Source: Octopus sinensis (lineage: Eukaryota). From it: a DNA stretch of 64,000 nucleotides. The position numbers were made by a program, and so were the translations under genes. The stretch's first letter is position 1. Each line of letters starts with the position of its first letter. Of this stretch, positions 1 through 14,324 are shown one piece after another. The stretch covers positions 11,532,001-11,596,000 of the forward strand of contig NC_043009.1 of assembly GCF_006345805.1 (NCBI RefSeq), given 5' to 3'. The notes beneath the pieces are model-generated. The model saw nothing but the letters and a program-made list of their open reading frames with translations. It searched no databases and was not told where the DNA came from.

Positions 1-260
1 TTCCTTCGTGTCAGCCCTCACAAAAATCGACGAGCATGGGAATAATACTACAAAACAAAAATGCACCACGTTACAGTATGACCCCACTGAACAACGCCGG
101 TCAGCAGACTGATGCCTGAAGATCGGATCAAATGGGTTCTAACGCCGGAAGCTTGAAATACAACGGGCTTGTCTCACAGAGAACGTTTCCGGTTACTTTG
201 GGGGTACCCCTCGTTTATATCCTTTTACAGTTGCTTACACACAAACACTCTGCAAATACA

Positions 261-670
261 TACTCTTTTACTCTTTTACTTGTTTCAGTCATTTGACTGT
301 GACCATGCTGGAGCACCGCCTTTTGTCGACCAAATCGACCCCAAGACTTATTCATTGTAAGTCTAGTACTTATTCTATCGGGCTCCTTTTACCGAACCGC
401 TAAGTTACGGGGACGTAAACACATCAGCATCGGTTGTCAAGCGATGTTGGGGGGACAAACACAGACACGCAAACATATACACACAGATAAATATATATAT
501 ATACATATATACGGCGGGCTTCTTTCAGTTTCCGTCTACCAAATCCACTCACAAGGCTTTGGTCGGCCCGAGGCTATAGTAGAAGGCACTTGTCCAAGGT
601 GCCACGGAGTGGGACTGAACCCAGAACCATGTGGCTCGTAAGCAAGCAACTTACCACACAGCCACTCCTA
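261..670 (-). mobile_element. tRNA-derived SINE family A (full length)
   Basis: A-box gtggctgtgtggt and B-box-like ggttcagtccc on minus strand; internal microsatellite; (TAAAAGAG)n-like tail. Confidence 0.85.
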
Positions 671-2057
671 CGCCTATACATGCAAACATTTTATATACAT
701 CGTCACACACCTTCGTTTTAAATACACAATTGCATATAACTGCAAGCGTGCGCATTAGAAAATATGTAGTCATTTCTTTACAAATCATTCAAACATAGTC
801 ATATATGCATATAAGCATACAAACATATATGGTTACGTATATACATGCATATATGCATTCATATATACATATATACATAGTTGCATATATATACATTTGT
901 GCATGCTTGTTTACATACACACATCTCAACAATACAGCCATGTTCAGACTGTCGGTGAAACGTTTAATATCGACAGATGCCACTTTACACTTTCAAAGTT
1001 TTGTATTACACAATTTGTCAATATTCAATAGAATATCGATTTTGTGGCTCAGCATTGATATAGGTAAGCTCCCAGCTGAATAATCTTTGTGTACAGTATC
1101 CACTGCTAGTTGTAGTCATTTCACTTCATTATTTTATCTTATTATCTATGAATGAACTACCGGAGTAGAGTAAAATGTATTATAAACACTGATTTAAAAC
1201 GGAAAAGGGAAACAGGGACATGTTTCTCCTTTGTGTTTCAAAATATTACGTTATGTGTTTCTATTGTTTATGAGAAAAACAAGACTGGCTCACAAACTCA
1301 TTTTTTCCTTCCTTATTTCTATAGGTGGTATGGAAAGCATCTATCAACATTTTGGCAATAATGGTACAGTATTTCAAAAAAAGAGAAGAAATCAGGTATT
1401 CGGAACACGAGGTAGGCGTTTTCAGAGGTACTTTCGTAATACATATTTACTTGGGTAAGGTACGAAAGTCACGCAATCTTATTTTCATCCATTACATCTA
1501 AGCTATTATGCCTCGTCAAGAGAAAATAATTTATTAATCTCGTCGGTAGATGCCAGAAAACAAAATGTTAACTTCTTATTCAAGTATTTCCATTATCTAC
1601 CGTACGCAGCTGAAGTTCGTGAAACATAAATTACTTTCATAGAATATAAATTTTCGTCCTTTTATAAACATTAAGAGATCATTTTTAACAAGGCAAAATT
1701 AATAGCATATATATTTAGTGGTCCAGAAATACTTCCAATATGCCTTCCAAGAATATTTACTTATATCGCGAGATATTTTTGGATACACTCTTGCAATGTT
1801 CATAGAATAAGGACTGTTAGTTTTTGTGTTGCTCCTATTCATAATATGCCTCATGTAAAAATGCATGATCTTATGCTAATGCAAGAAATCGATGTTTGCT
1901 TTTTCTTGGGAATTCTCTTTTACGAAACAGTCTTCCGGAGTATGGAGGATACGATCAAATTTCGGTTTCTGTAACTATTTCTCATTTGTTACGTTGCTAA
2001 TATTGACTACTAGAACTAGTACAAAGTCATATTAAAAAGGTATAATCAATTAAACCA

Positions 2058-2290
2058 ACGAGCTGGCAGAAACGTTAGCACGCCGGGCGAAATGCTGAGT
2101 GGTATTTCGTCTACCAATATGTTCTGAGTTCAAATTCTGCCGAGGTCGACTTTGCCTTTCATCCTTTCGGGGTCGATTAAATAAGCACCAGTTGCGCACT
2201 GCGGTCGATACAATCGACTTAATCCGTTTTTCTGTCCTTATTTGTCCTCTCTGTGTTTAGCCCCTTGAGGGTAGTAAAGAAATGGGTATT
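2058..2290 (+). mobile_element. tRNA-derived SINE family B (MetaSINE-like central domain)
   Basis: gagctggcagaaacgttagc head; gtcgactttgcctttcatcctttcggggtcga resembles the Meta domain as I recall it. Confidence 0.8.
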
Positions 2291-2798
2291 TGACTGGTGC
2301 TTTACTTTATCGACCCAGAAGGAGGAAAAGTTAATTTGCTATTGATGAGATTTGATTTCAAAATGTGAACAATTGTAACTCTACACTGCAGATCATTTTG
2401 TCCCCTGCACTTCTGCTTCAGCCCAAACCACCGTTACTTGCTAATACTGGAAGCAAATTAGTTCTATATATTGATTCCGCGGAAACAGCAGTGCAGGTTT
2501 TATTCCTTAGTTCTTCAGAAGAGACCAAATTAGGTGAAACCTGAGATAAATTCTTTAATGCAATGGTGTCATTGAGTTGATCATTCCCTCCCAGATTTTG
2601 TTAAAAACGGGCACCAGTAAGATACCGTAGTCGATACAATTGACAAAACTACGCCCTAACAAAGTATACCTCTGATACTATTCCAAAGATGTAGACTTAA
2701 GAAGCTAATTGGCAACTGTTATAAGTTTCGATTGAACTCATTCTGGGAATTAATTCTTTCTTTACTTGACTTTCTACAAAATCCTATATGTCAGTAAC

Positions 2799-2930
2799 CT
2801 TCTTCTTCTTCTTCTTCTTCTTCTTCTTCTTCTTCTTCTTCTTCTTCTTCTTCTTCTTCTTCTTCTTCTTCTTCTTCTTCTTCTTCTTCTTCTTCTTCTT
2901 CTTCTATTATTATTATTATTATTATTATTA
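2799..2930. repeat. (TTC)n followed by (TAT)n microsatellite
   Basis: Direct reading. Confidence 0.95.
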
Positions 2931-4885
2931 GTTTATGTTTGACTTTTGCTTTGCATTTGTACAAGTTGGCTCCAAGTCTTCCTCCAGAGACCTCAGAGAT
3001 ACAACAAGTTAGAAGTTCAGGTTGGTATTATGACTAGGGTACCACATGGATTTGGTTTTGCACAAATGTTCGGGAGAATATTTCAGAAAACATAAGAAAA
3101 TTATGTGTTAGTTTTAAAATTTGAGAAAGTATTTTACGAAGGATATGGGCAGTTCCCATGTGCACTATCTTTTGAATTTCTGCCGTTCTGGGGTTTCCTG
3201 GTATCTGAGCTTGGTAGCAAGCAGCCCCTTTTTCCATCATTCCCAGGGCACCTATGACAACAGGTATTGTTTTAGTCTTCAGCTTCCACATTTTGCTGAT
3301 TTCCATTTCAAGATCTTTATACTTGCTCAGTTTTTGGTAGATCTTGACTGATTCGATTATATCGATTGGGACAGTCATATCAATGAGGAGGCATGATTTT
3401 TGTCTGAAGTCTTTCAATACGATGTCTGGCCTATTTGCATATATCTTTCTGTCAGTTTGAATGGTGAAGTTCCAGAGGAGTGAGATGTGATCATTTTCAA
3501 ACACTGGTTTTTATCATGGGGCAAGTCCAGGTTTTTGCAGATTACCCTGTGAATATATTGTACAGCTCTATCATGCCTGTTGAGATACTCTGTAGGCGCA
3601 AGAAAACTGCACATGAAGACAACATGATCAATGGTCTCATTTTGCTATTGACATACACGACATGTTGGGCTACTATCGTTCTTTAATATGTTGGCCTGGT
3701 AGTTTCTTGTTGGTAGGCATTGATCTTAAGTTGGTATGATAAACACTTCTGTTTCGGATTTTCAGCCAGAAGCCATTAGCCATTGATGGGGAAGGGCTTT
3801 TTCAACATCGGCATTATTCGCTCTCTCTTGGTATTTGCCATTGAGAGGTTTTTCTTGCCATTTATTATTCAGAATATCTAAGGCAGCAGTTTTAGCACGG
3901 GTTTTAATTCGCTTAGATTTTTCTTTGCATGTTTCTCGCACGTCTAATTCCGGAATTTGATGGATTTGGAATTCACTTAGATATTCCTTTGCCTGTTTTG
4001 TTACTGAGTATGATGCTTTCTTGTTTTCATCTTTTGAGACAAGTTTTAACATCCAGTCCTCAGAGTTTTTCAGGTAGGTGTCTTGGCTAGTTGTGACAAT
4101 CTTCATTGTTAATGCCAGTTGTAAAAGTCCACAGCCTGACTCTTTTCTTGGCAGAGAAAGTCGTTCTATATCTGCCTTAGGGTGGTTCATTCTATGCATT
4201 GTCAACAGTTTTCGTATTTTTCTGTAAAGATTACATATTTCAGTAATTGACCAATTAGCGATATTGAAACTGTAAGTCACGATTGGTATGGCTAAAGCAT
4301 TGATTGCTTCGATCCTGTTTCTTGCATTCAGACCTGTCTTCAGTATTGCAATCATCCTGCGATAATATTCTCTTCTGATCCTTTCCCTCATCACTGCATG
4401 TTTGATTCCGTCCCCTTCAATTACCCCTAGGTATTTGTAGCTACCGCTGGTTCTAACTCCTTTATGACATTCTGCTGGGCAAGGTTAACGTTAGATGTTT
4501 CTGCCAATTTTCCTTTGATAAAGGTAGCTTTTGAACATTTATCGAGACCAGATAGCATCATGATGTCATCACTGAATTGGTTAACAATCGCTAGTAAGCC
4601 CTGGATTTGTTGGTCATTTTTGCAAAAAGCTTTAAATCATCCATGTAAATGAGATGATTTATATTTTTATCAAACATTTTATAACTGTATAGTACACCAT
4701 CGAGCAATTTGGAGAGAGTATTAAGGCTAGACGAAAGAGGAGTGGTGACAAACCGTCCCCTTGGAAAATGCCACATGAAATTCTTACATCTCCAGCGTTA
4801 AGAGATTCATTGTTATTGTTCAATGTGAGTTAGGTTCTCCATGACCTCATACTTACAGACAAAAGGTTTCACAGAGCAAGTGCTA
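2931..4885 (-). mobile_element. 5'-truncated, frameshifted R4/Dong-like non-LTR retrotransposon (RT, zinc knuckle, RLE endonuclease)
   Basis: INHLIYMDDLKLFAK (RT), ARNRIEAINALAIP, and LLWNFTIQTDRKIYANRPDIVL...KYKDL...PVVIGALG (RLE). Flanked by (TAT)n on both sides. Confidence 0.85.
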
Positions 4886-5084
4886 TTTTATGTTGTTATT
4901 ATTATTATTATTATATTATTATTATTATTTTATTATTATTATTATTGCTATTGTTGTTGTTGTTATTAGTTCATTTAATTGCTACTAAGGCCGACATATA
5001 GGGGACGATACAGTAGACATGGACAGTGGGGATTTTACACAGAAACAACGAGTACACAATTAAAACAATAACAATGATATCCAA

Positions 5085-5235
5085 CAAAAGAATCCTGGTT
5101 TTGTTACCACGCTGCGCCTCTTCTACGCGGGGCCATCGAACAGCTTTGATCCCCTCGTTTCTTAGAGCACGCACCTTAGCTCTTACAATGCAACCTTCAT
5201 GTTTCGCGTTGAAGAACTGGTATAATTGCAATTCT
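5085..5235 (-). mobile_element. L1/Tx1-like LINE ORF2 linker fragment
   Basis: EGCIVRAKVRALRNEG...EEAQRGNKTRI resembles the G..IRSR..W..EGE linker between endonuclease and RT. Confidence 0.5.
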
Positions 5236-7519
5236 CGCCGCTAGCACGGTGGAATGCGAACTCAGAGGTTGACTTTGCCTTTCATAATAATAATAATCCT
5301 TTCTACTGGAAGCACAAAGCCTCAAATTTGGGGGAAGAGATGAAGTCGGTTGCATCGACCTCTGTATGTAACTGGTACTTTTTTAATCGACCCCGAAAGG
5401 ATGAATGCCAAAGTCGACCTCGGCGGAATTTGATATCAGAGGTTGACTTTGCCTTTCATAATAGCAAGAATAATAGTAATAACGGTTTTTAACTTTGATA
5501 TAAAAAAATCACAGATATTATGTGAGGTAATAATTAAATCAATGTCAGTATATAATTTATAATTAGTATATATCTTATAATTAGTATATATATCTTATTG
5601 ACTCCAGTAGGCAAAAATGTCTGCGATATGATACGAGCACAAACCTGAAGGAGTCAAAACTGAATAATACGAACCGTTTAGTCTGGCGCCTATGTCTCAT
5701 GATCATCCTACTATTAATAACATCCTCATTCTTCTCTTTGTTTCTTAATTACATCTCAGTTTAAATACATTTAGAATTTATTTATAGCATGTTTGAAAAC
5801 TAGAAAGAATTCGTATAAATTCTTTACCTGCCCCATTTCACAAAATATTACATATTTCAACAGAGCTATGTTTTCATGTGGAAAATCGAATTGTTTGTGT
5901 GAAATGGTGAAATGAAAAGATGTATTTTCAGACTTCTTTCAACTGGTTTTAAAACGAATTCTAATTCATGCCAGACTTTCTTAAGAAACCTATGAATTTA
6001 TAATACATCATTTCATTTATTGTTAGTATCCGATAATAGCATTATTTTCTTACACATAATATGCAAAAGAAGTCTTTGATAGCAGCATGGTGCCAAAATA
6101 AATGGAGAAGGTAGTGGATTTTCAATTCATAATACGTAATTCTATGCAAGTTATAAGTAATTCGTTGAGACTTTGGACAAGATTTTACACAGGAATGGTA
6201 GTGTGAATATATTTATTGCGAAATACATACACGCAAGCTACAGTTCATACTGCTAGTGTTAACTAAATACCCAACTGAGAACAAATGATTTGTGAAAAAC
6301 TTAACTAAAAAGACAAACTACCTCTGTATTTAAGTGGGTGTGGAATTGCAGTGAGGTTCAATTTAAGGCCCTCAAAACCCTTGGGGTAAAACCTCACTCA
6401 GGAACAATAGCATGAATATATTTCCTGTGAAATACATTCATGCTAACTGCGCTTCATTCGACTTCAGTTAGATAAATACACCATTGAAACAAGATTCGTG
6501 GGAAAATGACAAGTTACCTCAGTAGCTAAGTGGATACAGAATTGCATAGAAGTGCATTTTAAGACCCCAAAACCCTTGAAAGAGGTCACTTGTAAGACAA
6601 AATAGCCTCAGAGTTTGGGCAGGACTTTACGCAGGAATGATAGCATGCTACCTGCGCTTTATTCTACTTCAGTTAGATAAAAACAGCTTTGAAAACATAA
6701 GATTCATGAAAACTTTACTAAAAACTAACATACTCCAGTGGTAGGACTTACCTTCCATGCAATATATCAGGGTTATGACCCCATCGTCAGCAAATTAACT
6801 TGACTCGATCACATTTTATACCTACGTTCTATTTTTGCCGACTGCAAGGTTTACAAAAGCAAAACCCATCCGCATACCATTTGAACAGTGAACAAAAACT
6901 ATATACGGCAGGGCAAATAATGGTATCTCCTAGTGGACAGCTAATACAAGGGAGATAATCATTTGTTCTCAATATTCGGCGGGATTAGAAGTTTGAACTT
7001 AAAATTAAGGAATTAAGGAAAATATGCTTAAAAAATATGCACATTTTAAAGATATTTTTCTTGCTTAATTATTACAAATTTAGCAAAATTTTCTAGTCAG
7101 TGGAAATGAGATATAACCCTATTTTATTCTTTTTAACCTGAGGTATATCAATTAAGCATTTTATGAAGCGAGACATTTCTCACAGAGCATGAATTACAGT
7201 CTCATGTTAATTAGTTCAAGCCCTCTACTAAAGTCTGGTATTCCACCAACCAGCTTAAGGCCCGATTTAATTGACCATTGTTTCATAAGCTTGCCAAAAT
7301 CTAGAGATGGATGGGTCAGAGCAATGTAACTTTACTACCGATCACTTCATGCAGACGTCATTTGTCATGCCTTGAAGATGCAATATCTAATAGCAGTCAC
7401 TATTTGCATATATTTAGAATAAGAATATTTGGCAACCAAATCTATGATTCTAACGCGTGTAAATAAAAGAAACATGTAATATAGGGTTAATATCTTGACC
7501 TTAGTAGGTTGGGGTAAAT

Positions 7520-7855
7520 GCGCATGGCTCAGTTAGAGCGTCGAGCTTACGATCGTGAGATTGTGAGTTCGAATCCCGGACCGGGCTGCGTGTTGTGTTC
7601 TTGAGCAAGACACTTTATTTCAAGTGGCTCCTGTTCACTCAGCTGTAGAAATGAGTTGCGACGTCATTTATGCCAGCTTTATCGGCCCCTTTGCTTTTCC
7701 CTTGGATAACACTGGTGGCGTGGAAAGAGGAGGCCGGTATGCATGGGCGACTGCTGGTCTTCCATAAAAAAAAACAACCTTGCCCGGACTTGTGGCTGAG
7801 AGGGTAACTTTCTAGGTGCGATCCCATCGTCTGTGTCGTGACCGAAGGGGTTCTC
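7520..7855 (+). mobile_element. tRNA-derived SINE family C
   Basis: gcgcatggctcagttagagc (A box), gagttcgaatccc (B box), ttgagcaagacactt body. A partial copy lies at 53318-53455. Confidence 0.8.
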
Positions 7856-8367
7856 AGAGTAGGTTGGTAATAATATTCGACCGGGAATATTCTTTACTGA
7901 CATTTATACAGACAATTTTCTACCGATTATTGCCTGCAAAATTAAAAAAAAAAGAAAGAAACACAACTAGAAGCTGTCAGGGTCAGATTCTCCAAATTGT
8001 GTGTGTATGCGTGTGATAGCACTCAATGAATGTGACTATGTAAGCCGTAAATCAACGGATTAAAGACTTACTGTATTTAATTACATTCTTCACTATGGTG
8101 ATTCAAATTCTGCCATTGTTAACTCTTCAACCCTCTAGAGTTCATACGATAAGTACTGCTAGTGACAAGTTAACATAGATGGAATATAGCGCTTCTCCTA
8201 AAGAGCTTGACTTGTAAGTTAAAGATAAATTTATCTCATCGTTTTGAAATACATTTATACCATTAATCTCAAAAGTAAATAAAGTTACAGTATTATACTC
8301 GAATTAATTAACTCGCTTATATTCGTACTTCTCTCTTCCTCTCTTCCTCTCTCCTGTTGCACTCTTT

Positions 8368-8812
8368 TATTATTTAACTTGTTTCAATCGTTTGAGTGTT
8401 GTCATACTGGAGCACCACCTCGAAGGGTTTTAGTCGAACAAATCCACCCTAGGACTTTTTTAAAGCCTGGTACTTATTCTATCGGTCTCTCTTTTGCCGA
8501 ACTGCCATGTTACAAGAACGTAAACACACCAACATCGGTTGTCAAGTAGTGATAGGGGGACAAATAGACACAAAGACACACACGCACACATATACAAGAC
8601 AAGCTACTTTCAATTTCCGTCTACCAAATCCACTCACAAGACTTTGGTCGGCCCAAGGCTATATTAGAAGGCTATCTGTGTTAATCCTTATGGATAATAA
8701 AGAAATTTCCGAGGCTATATTAGAAGACACTAGCCTAACGTGCCATGCAGTGGGGCTGAACCCAGAACCATGTGGTTGGGAAGCAAGCTTCTTAGCACAC
8801 AGTCACGCCTGT
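8368..8812 (-). mobile_element. SINE family A (diverged)
   Basis: Homologous to 261-670. Confidence 0.75.
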
Positions 8813-8890
8813 GCCTGTATGTATACTCACACACACACCACACACACATATATATATATATACATATAATATATATATATATAATATATA

Positions 8891-8941
<51 letters not shown>

Positions 8942-9309
8942 TGTATGTATTTAAGTATGTGTGCATGTATGTATATAGCATTTTTTGTGAAATTACTATT
9001 AATTGCTAATATTATTAATGTGCAATATTTACGGGAGAAACCCTAAGTACGTTATAGTATTTTGCTTCCCTTTATTTTCTCCGTTGAAATTCCCTCCGGC
9101 CTTACTTCATCTACAATTGATAAAATAATACCTGTCTTATAGGCACAGGTGAGACGAAGAAGCTCACTTTGTAACCGTGTGATTTCACTTGCAAAGCGCT
9201 TCAAGAAGTATTCTTCTATAGCACGAGCCGATCAATGCCTTTTCAACGAACTTGATAGACGTAAGTTAGCTCGTCGCAAATATATATATGTGTGTGTGTG
9301 TGTGTTGTG

Positions 9310-9340
<31 letters not shown>

Positions 9341-9358
9341 TGTGTGTGTATGCGCGTG

Positions 9359-9410
<52 letters not shown>

Positions 9411-9574
9411 GGAGAAATTATGCAAAATGTATAAATAGATGATGAGTAAAGCACCGGCCCAGCTTCGATTACCTGTTTTTATCCGTAGATTTATTCCAGG
9501 AACTTCGTAGTGGCGGCTGGGCATCGGGGTAACAGTATTAATAAAATAGATAGAAGGAGAAAATGTTTCATTGG

Positions 9575-9616
9575 GTACGATACATGTTTCGACCCTTTCT
9601 GGGTCTCATCGGGTAC
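9575..9616 (-). ncRNA. Minimal Penelope-type hammerhead remnant
   Basis: Minus strand GTAC CCGATGA GACCC agaaa GGGTC GAAAC ATGT ATC GTAC, with two deviations from consensus (U4C and a C15.2-A16.2 mismatch). Confidence 0.5.
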
Positions 9617-12600
9617 ATCAATAAAAAGTTTTACGAGAGATCCTCTGATTCGGTTTTGCGTACTGCTATGTCCATCAACTCCGAGAATATATATATACTC
9701 TTTTATTCGTTTCAACTATGCTGCTGCCGTCATGCTGGAGCACCACCTACAAATAGAAAGAGAGAGGGAGAGATAGAGAGGTGTATGTGTATTTTGTTTA
9801 TCTCCCTTCATCTTTTTACTATCGCTGTTAGTTTGTTTGCGTCCCCGTAACTTTGCGGCTCAGCAAAAACCGATAGAATTTGTCCTTACACTGACTTTAA
9901 AAATATAAGAAATAGTGAAGTGGATTTGTTCGGCTAAGCCCTTCAAGGCTGTGCTCCAGCTTGTTCGCAGTCCTATGAATGAAACAAGTAAAAGAATATA
10001 AAGACGATACCCTGGAAACTTATGAAACAGAATCAACCGTTACACTATGAAAACTCAGTATTTATACAAGTCGTATAATAAGTAACATTATAGGAAATAA
10101 TTCTTATCAATATTTAAGAGTAGATCTTTACTTAAACGAAGTATTTATTTAAGGAATATTGTAGAATAAGAGGCAAGTGTTTGTGTCTACGGTAACATTT
10201 CTATTCCAATCTGAAGATATTTCCTTTCATATATATGCTATTATTATTTGCCTTTGAGAAAGACATGGACGACACATATTGGTTTTCTTATAAATCTCAG
10301 ATATTGTGTCTAGTCAAAAAAGAAAAATCAATAGATGTATTTATTGGCAAGATTCCATGACAGTTTTACCAATAGTCTGCGATACCGGTATTTATCAGAG
10401 GAATTTATCAGCATTATTTTGTAGTAATTATATGTCTCTTAATGGTGGTGGTATTTATAAATAGAGATATTGTGATTACAGCAGTTTCTAGTGTGTTTTT
10501 ATCATTGATTCCTCTTAACTAAGCATAGGGATATATTTTCAGGTGACTGCGTAGTAGTCAACATAATCAGTTCTATTATATGACTGGTGTTTACCTTATC
10601 GACTCCAGTGTGAAGGTAAGGTGTACGGTTTAAGAAGTTCATTGTGCAACTGCGCATCACACAGACAACTCTCTTTCGACACAGCCTCAAGTCTCAAAAA
10701 TCCTTCTGAATGATATTTAATAGACGTGCACTGCGTTTAAGCCTGTCGAAGGAGCCGTTCCTCTTCGCGGGTTACAAATCCATCGTCTGGTTTTAAGTTA
10801 TTACTTTAGTAAGTTCAGCTATTACTTTACTAAGTTCTTTATTTTACAACCATTCAAACCAGGATTCTCGTCCACATATAGCTTCTTCCCATTAGCCTTG
10901 AAGGCTTTGAAAAGTCTCAGGAATAGGACATCTGAATAATTATGGACGGTGTGTGGAAGTCAGTGTCCTATTGTTTCCAAGAGCTCTCCACATTTTAATA
11001 ACAACGATTCTCAACTTTAGCTCTATCACATTCACTTCCTATTCAAGATTATCATATCTGGCTGTTCCAGAACCTCTGTCATACACTCTTCGAAACATTA
11101 GTTATTTAAAAGAATTCAGGCAAGACATACGTGGCGTAACGCTTGTTGCCATTCATACTACAGCTGCTGCAAGATAAACAAATTCAGCAGTTAACATATA
11201 TTTTTCATCTATTCCGAAACGTATAAAACCCAATCAAAAAAAATTTCCAAAATCCATGTTTCTTTTCTTTTATTACTAAACAAAAATCTAAACACGCAAA
11301 TGCAGAAGCTACACATTAAACACAATATCTTGGGCCACCGTGAGACAGGGTGTAACACGTCGATATTCTCAACGGGAGAATAGCGACAAAACATCCATTA
11401 TTCCACCTAGTTTTTCTGTCGTTTTAAAAAGCAAGCTAAAAAAGAAAAAAAAAGAAGAGTAAAAACTGGAGGCTGAGGGCTGGTTGGTTGCTAATGGACG
11501 CTGACAGCAGGCTTGGAACATTCCCAGAGAAGTGAGCAAGGAAGTGATGACGTTACTGAGTAAAAACTTGAACTAAGGGAATATAACAGGCAACTCCAGA
11601 CCCATAACAGTGTTAAATACAATTATGGGTCTGAAGTTATTTGTTATGTTCTCCTGAAGACTTTTCTTGTTGCATTTTAATTGTTGTATATTATTTTAAA
11701 GTTTTAGCTGATTCGAGTTACACCGTTTCAAGTAAAGGGGAAATGCCGACATTTTAAAAGTATTCGTTTATTTCGAAATTAAACTATTTATTATAATAGG
11801 AACTTTGCTGAAAAAAATTATACACAACAAAAACTTAGTAATTTATGTTTCTGGCGGGATTACCTTCAAGCATTTGCATCCTTTCTGTTATACAGTCAGG
11901 ATATAATTCTAATGTGAGAGCTCTAGTTTGCACCATTCTTTTTTTTTTCCCAAATAGAAATTGTTTCGTTTTAAAAGTTTACAGTTATTTTATTCGAGTA
12001 GACTTAATAATCTTCAATAATTTTCATTAGATTTTCATGTCTGTTCAAGTAAGAACAAAATCAAAATACCGTGATCTCGAAGAAATTGCTTGACTAATTT
12101 GACAGAATGAATAGAAGCAATTATGATATTTGCAAAACAGAAGATTTTCTTCTCGTGCTGTGCAATAACTCTTTTATTGAAGACACAATGTGGTCTAGCA
12201 CGTACTATGAAATATGGTAGAAGTATGGTTCTATAGTTAAGAGATTCACATCATAGCCACATGATTCTGCTTTCGCTCACACCACATGGCAACGTATGCA
12301 AGAGCCTTGTGTCACAGCTTCCAGCTGACCAATGCCGTGCGAGTTAAATTTGGTAGATAGAAACTGTGTGAATATATAAATATGTGTGTTGATGTATGGG
12401 GGATGTGTGTGTATGAACGTGTGTGTGCGTGTGGATATGTGTGTGTGTGCGTTTGGGTGTGTGTATATGCTTTTCCATAAAACATCAGCAAATGATATTA
12501 GCCTTAGTGTGATATCACGAAAACATTGATAATCAATCTTTACTTTTTACTGTCAGTTAAATTAAACGATGACTGATACGACGCTATTGTCCACAATTTG

Positions 12601-13440
12601 TGTTTTTAAAATTTTAAATCTAAAGAGTCAGTACCAAATAGCTGTACTCTATTTTTCTCGAATTTTCCATCTGTTCTAAGATAGGCACCTGGAATATTTT
12701 AAAATTCCGATGCATTCGAGAAGTTAACATTTTTGAGATTAACTCCAAACGTTTCTGCGTACTTTTCAAGAAATTATTCTCCATCAACATTGCTTTTTCT
12801 GCGGTAATTATTTTTTCAAATATTTAGTGATTGTATACATTCTGGTGCGTCTGTATATGCATCTTCTACTACTTGTAGTGAACTCCTTTGATAAGGAAGC
12901 AATATTCTCCAATGTTTTGAAGAAGAGCGTTTTTTCATATCGGACCCATTTTCTATGGCTTTTCATATTGTTTTGATGGACAAATTCTATCTATTGTAGT
13001 TAATGGAATTTCCATTTTTTTGTGTTTTTGTTTTTGTTTATTATTTTGTAGTTTTGAAGTTATGAGTCCAAACATAAAATATAAAATTACTTCCTCTCTT
13101 CGAAGATGGATAAATTACTACCTTAGTGAGGGGGGGGGAACGTCAATCCCAAAATAGAGTTCTCTGCACTATCTAATTACATGAAACGATGAAAGAAATA
13201 TAGAAAAAAACAACTTAATTTTAAAAAAGCAAAAACGCAGCAAAAATGAAGTTTCCTCTTAGCTTTCACAAAATTCGGAATGAAGAAACGAAAAGCGAAG
13301 TGAAGATATAAAAACTAAATTGGAAATAAAGAAAAGAAATAGACAGAAGATACTTTTGTTTCCAGTTCCAATAGAAAATTACATTCTGATAGTAATGAAA
13401 TTAGAATCACAAACCCTGATTTCCCACAGCGCCTCTCATA

Positions 13441-13501
<61 letters not shown>

Positions 13502-13512
13502 GTATATATATA

Positions 13513-13580
<68 letters not shown>

Positions 13581-13866
13581 GTGTGTGTGTACGTACGTAT
13601 CTATGTACATATATATGTATTTATCTATCTACCTAATCATCTATCAGTCTATCCATCTATATTTATATCTATATGGGAATAAATGTATGTCAATTGTCAT
13701 CAGATAACAGGTGTTATACTTCAATTTTTATTTTGTCACCATCATTTACAACTTCGTGTGAAGGTTCGCAGCTACCCACATCTCTCAGGCATATGAGTTT
13801 GTGAAACGTTTTATAGATAGATAGATAGATACATACATACATATGCATATATATATATATATATAC

Positions 13867-13951
<85 letters not shown>

Positions 13952-14109
13952 GATACATATATATTTAAAATTATATATTATATATAAACAATATATTAAA
14001 TAGCAAAATACAATTGACAATCTGACAATATATTTACATTATAATATAATATAATATACTATAAATATAATATAGGATAAAATAACATTAAAAATTATTT
14101 TAAAAAATC

Positions 14110-14198
14110 AAAAAGCCAATAATGTGTTTCGACTTATATACATTATTTGATTTATAAACAATTCATATCCAAGTACAAAAGTCTCTTCAGGGTTTTTT
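14110..14198 (-). ncRNA. Decayed hammerhead-like remnant with a long stem II loop
   Basis: Minus strand AAAAAACC CTGAAGA GACTT (~45 nt) AAGTC GAAAC ACATT ATT GGCTTTTT. Stem III no longer pairs. Confidence 0.3.
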
Positions 14199-14324
14199 GT
14201 TCAAAAAGACCGACGAATTCCGTGTAAGGGGATTGCCAGATTGCAAAATACTGATTCAAAATACTTACGTTTAGGAGTACGAGAGTTAAATATTCAGACA
14301 CATAACAAGTACCATAAAAGAGTG

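Noticed and set aside
100-215. Hammerhead-like fragments (CTGAAGA...GAAGC; GGAAACGTT on minus)
   Set aside because: Core and stems cannot be assembled into one fold.
7520-7600. tRNA genes at SINE heads (also 2058, 14325, 14884, 21384, 51021)
   Set aside because: A/B boxes are present but they run directly into SINE bodies, and no complete cloverleaf was evident.
10543-10615. 73-nt plus-strand exon-like segment with good AG/GT sites
   Set aside because: It has stops in all three frames and no partner exons were found. At most it is a non-coding exon.
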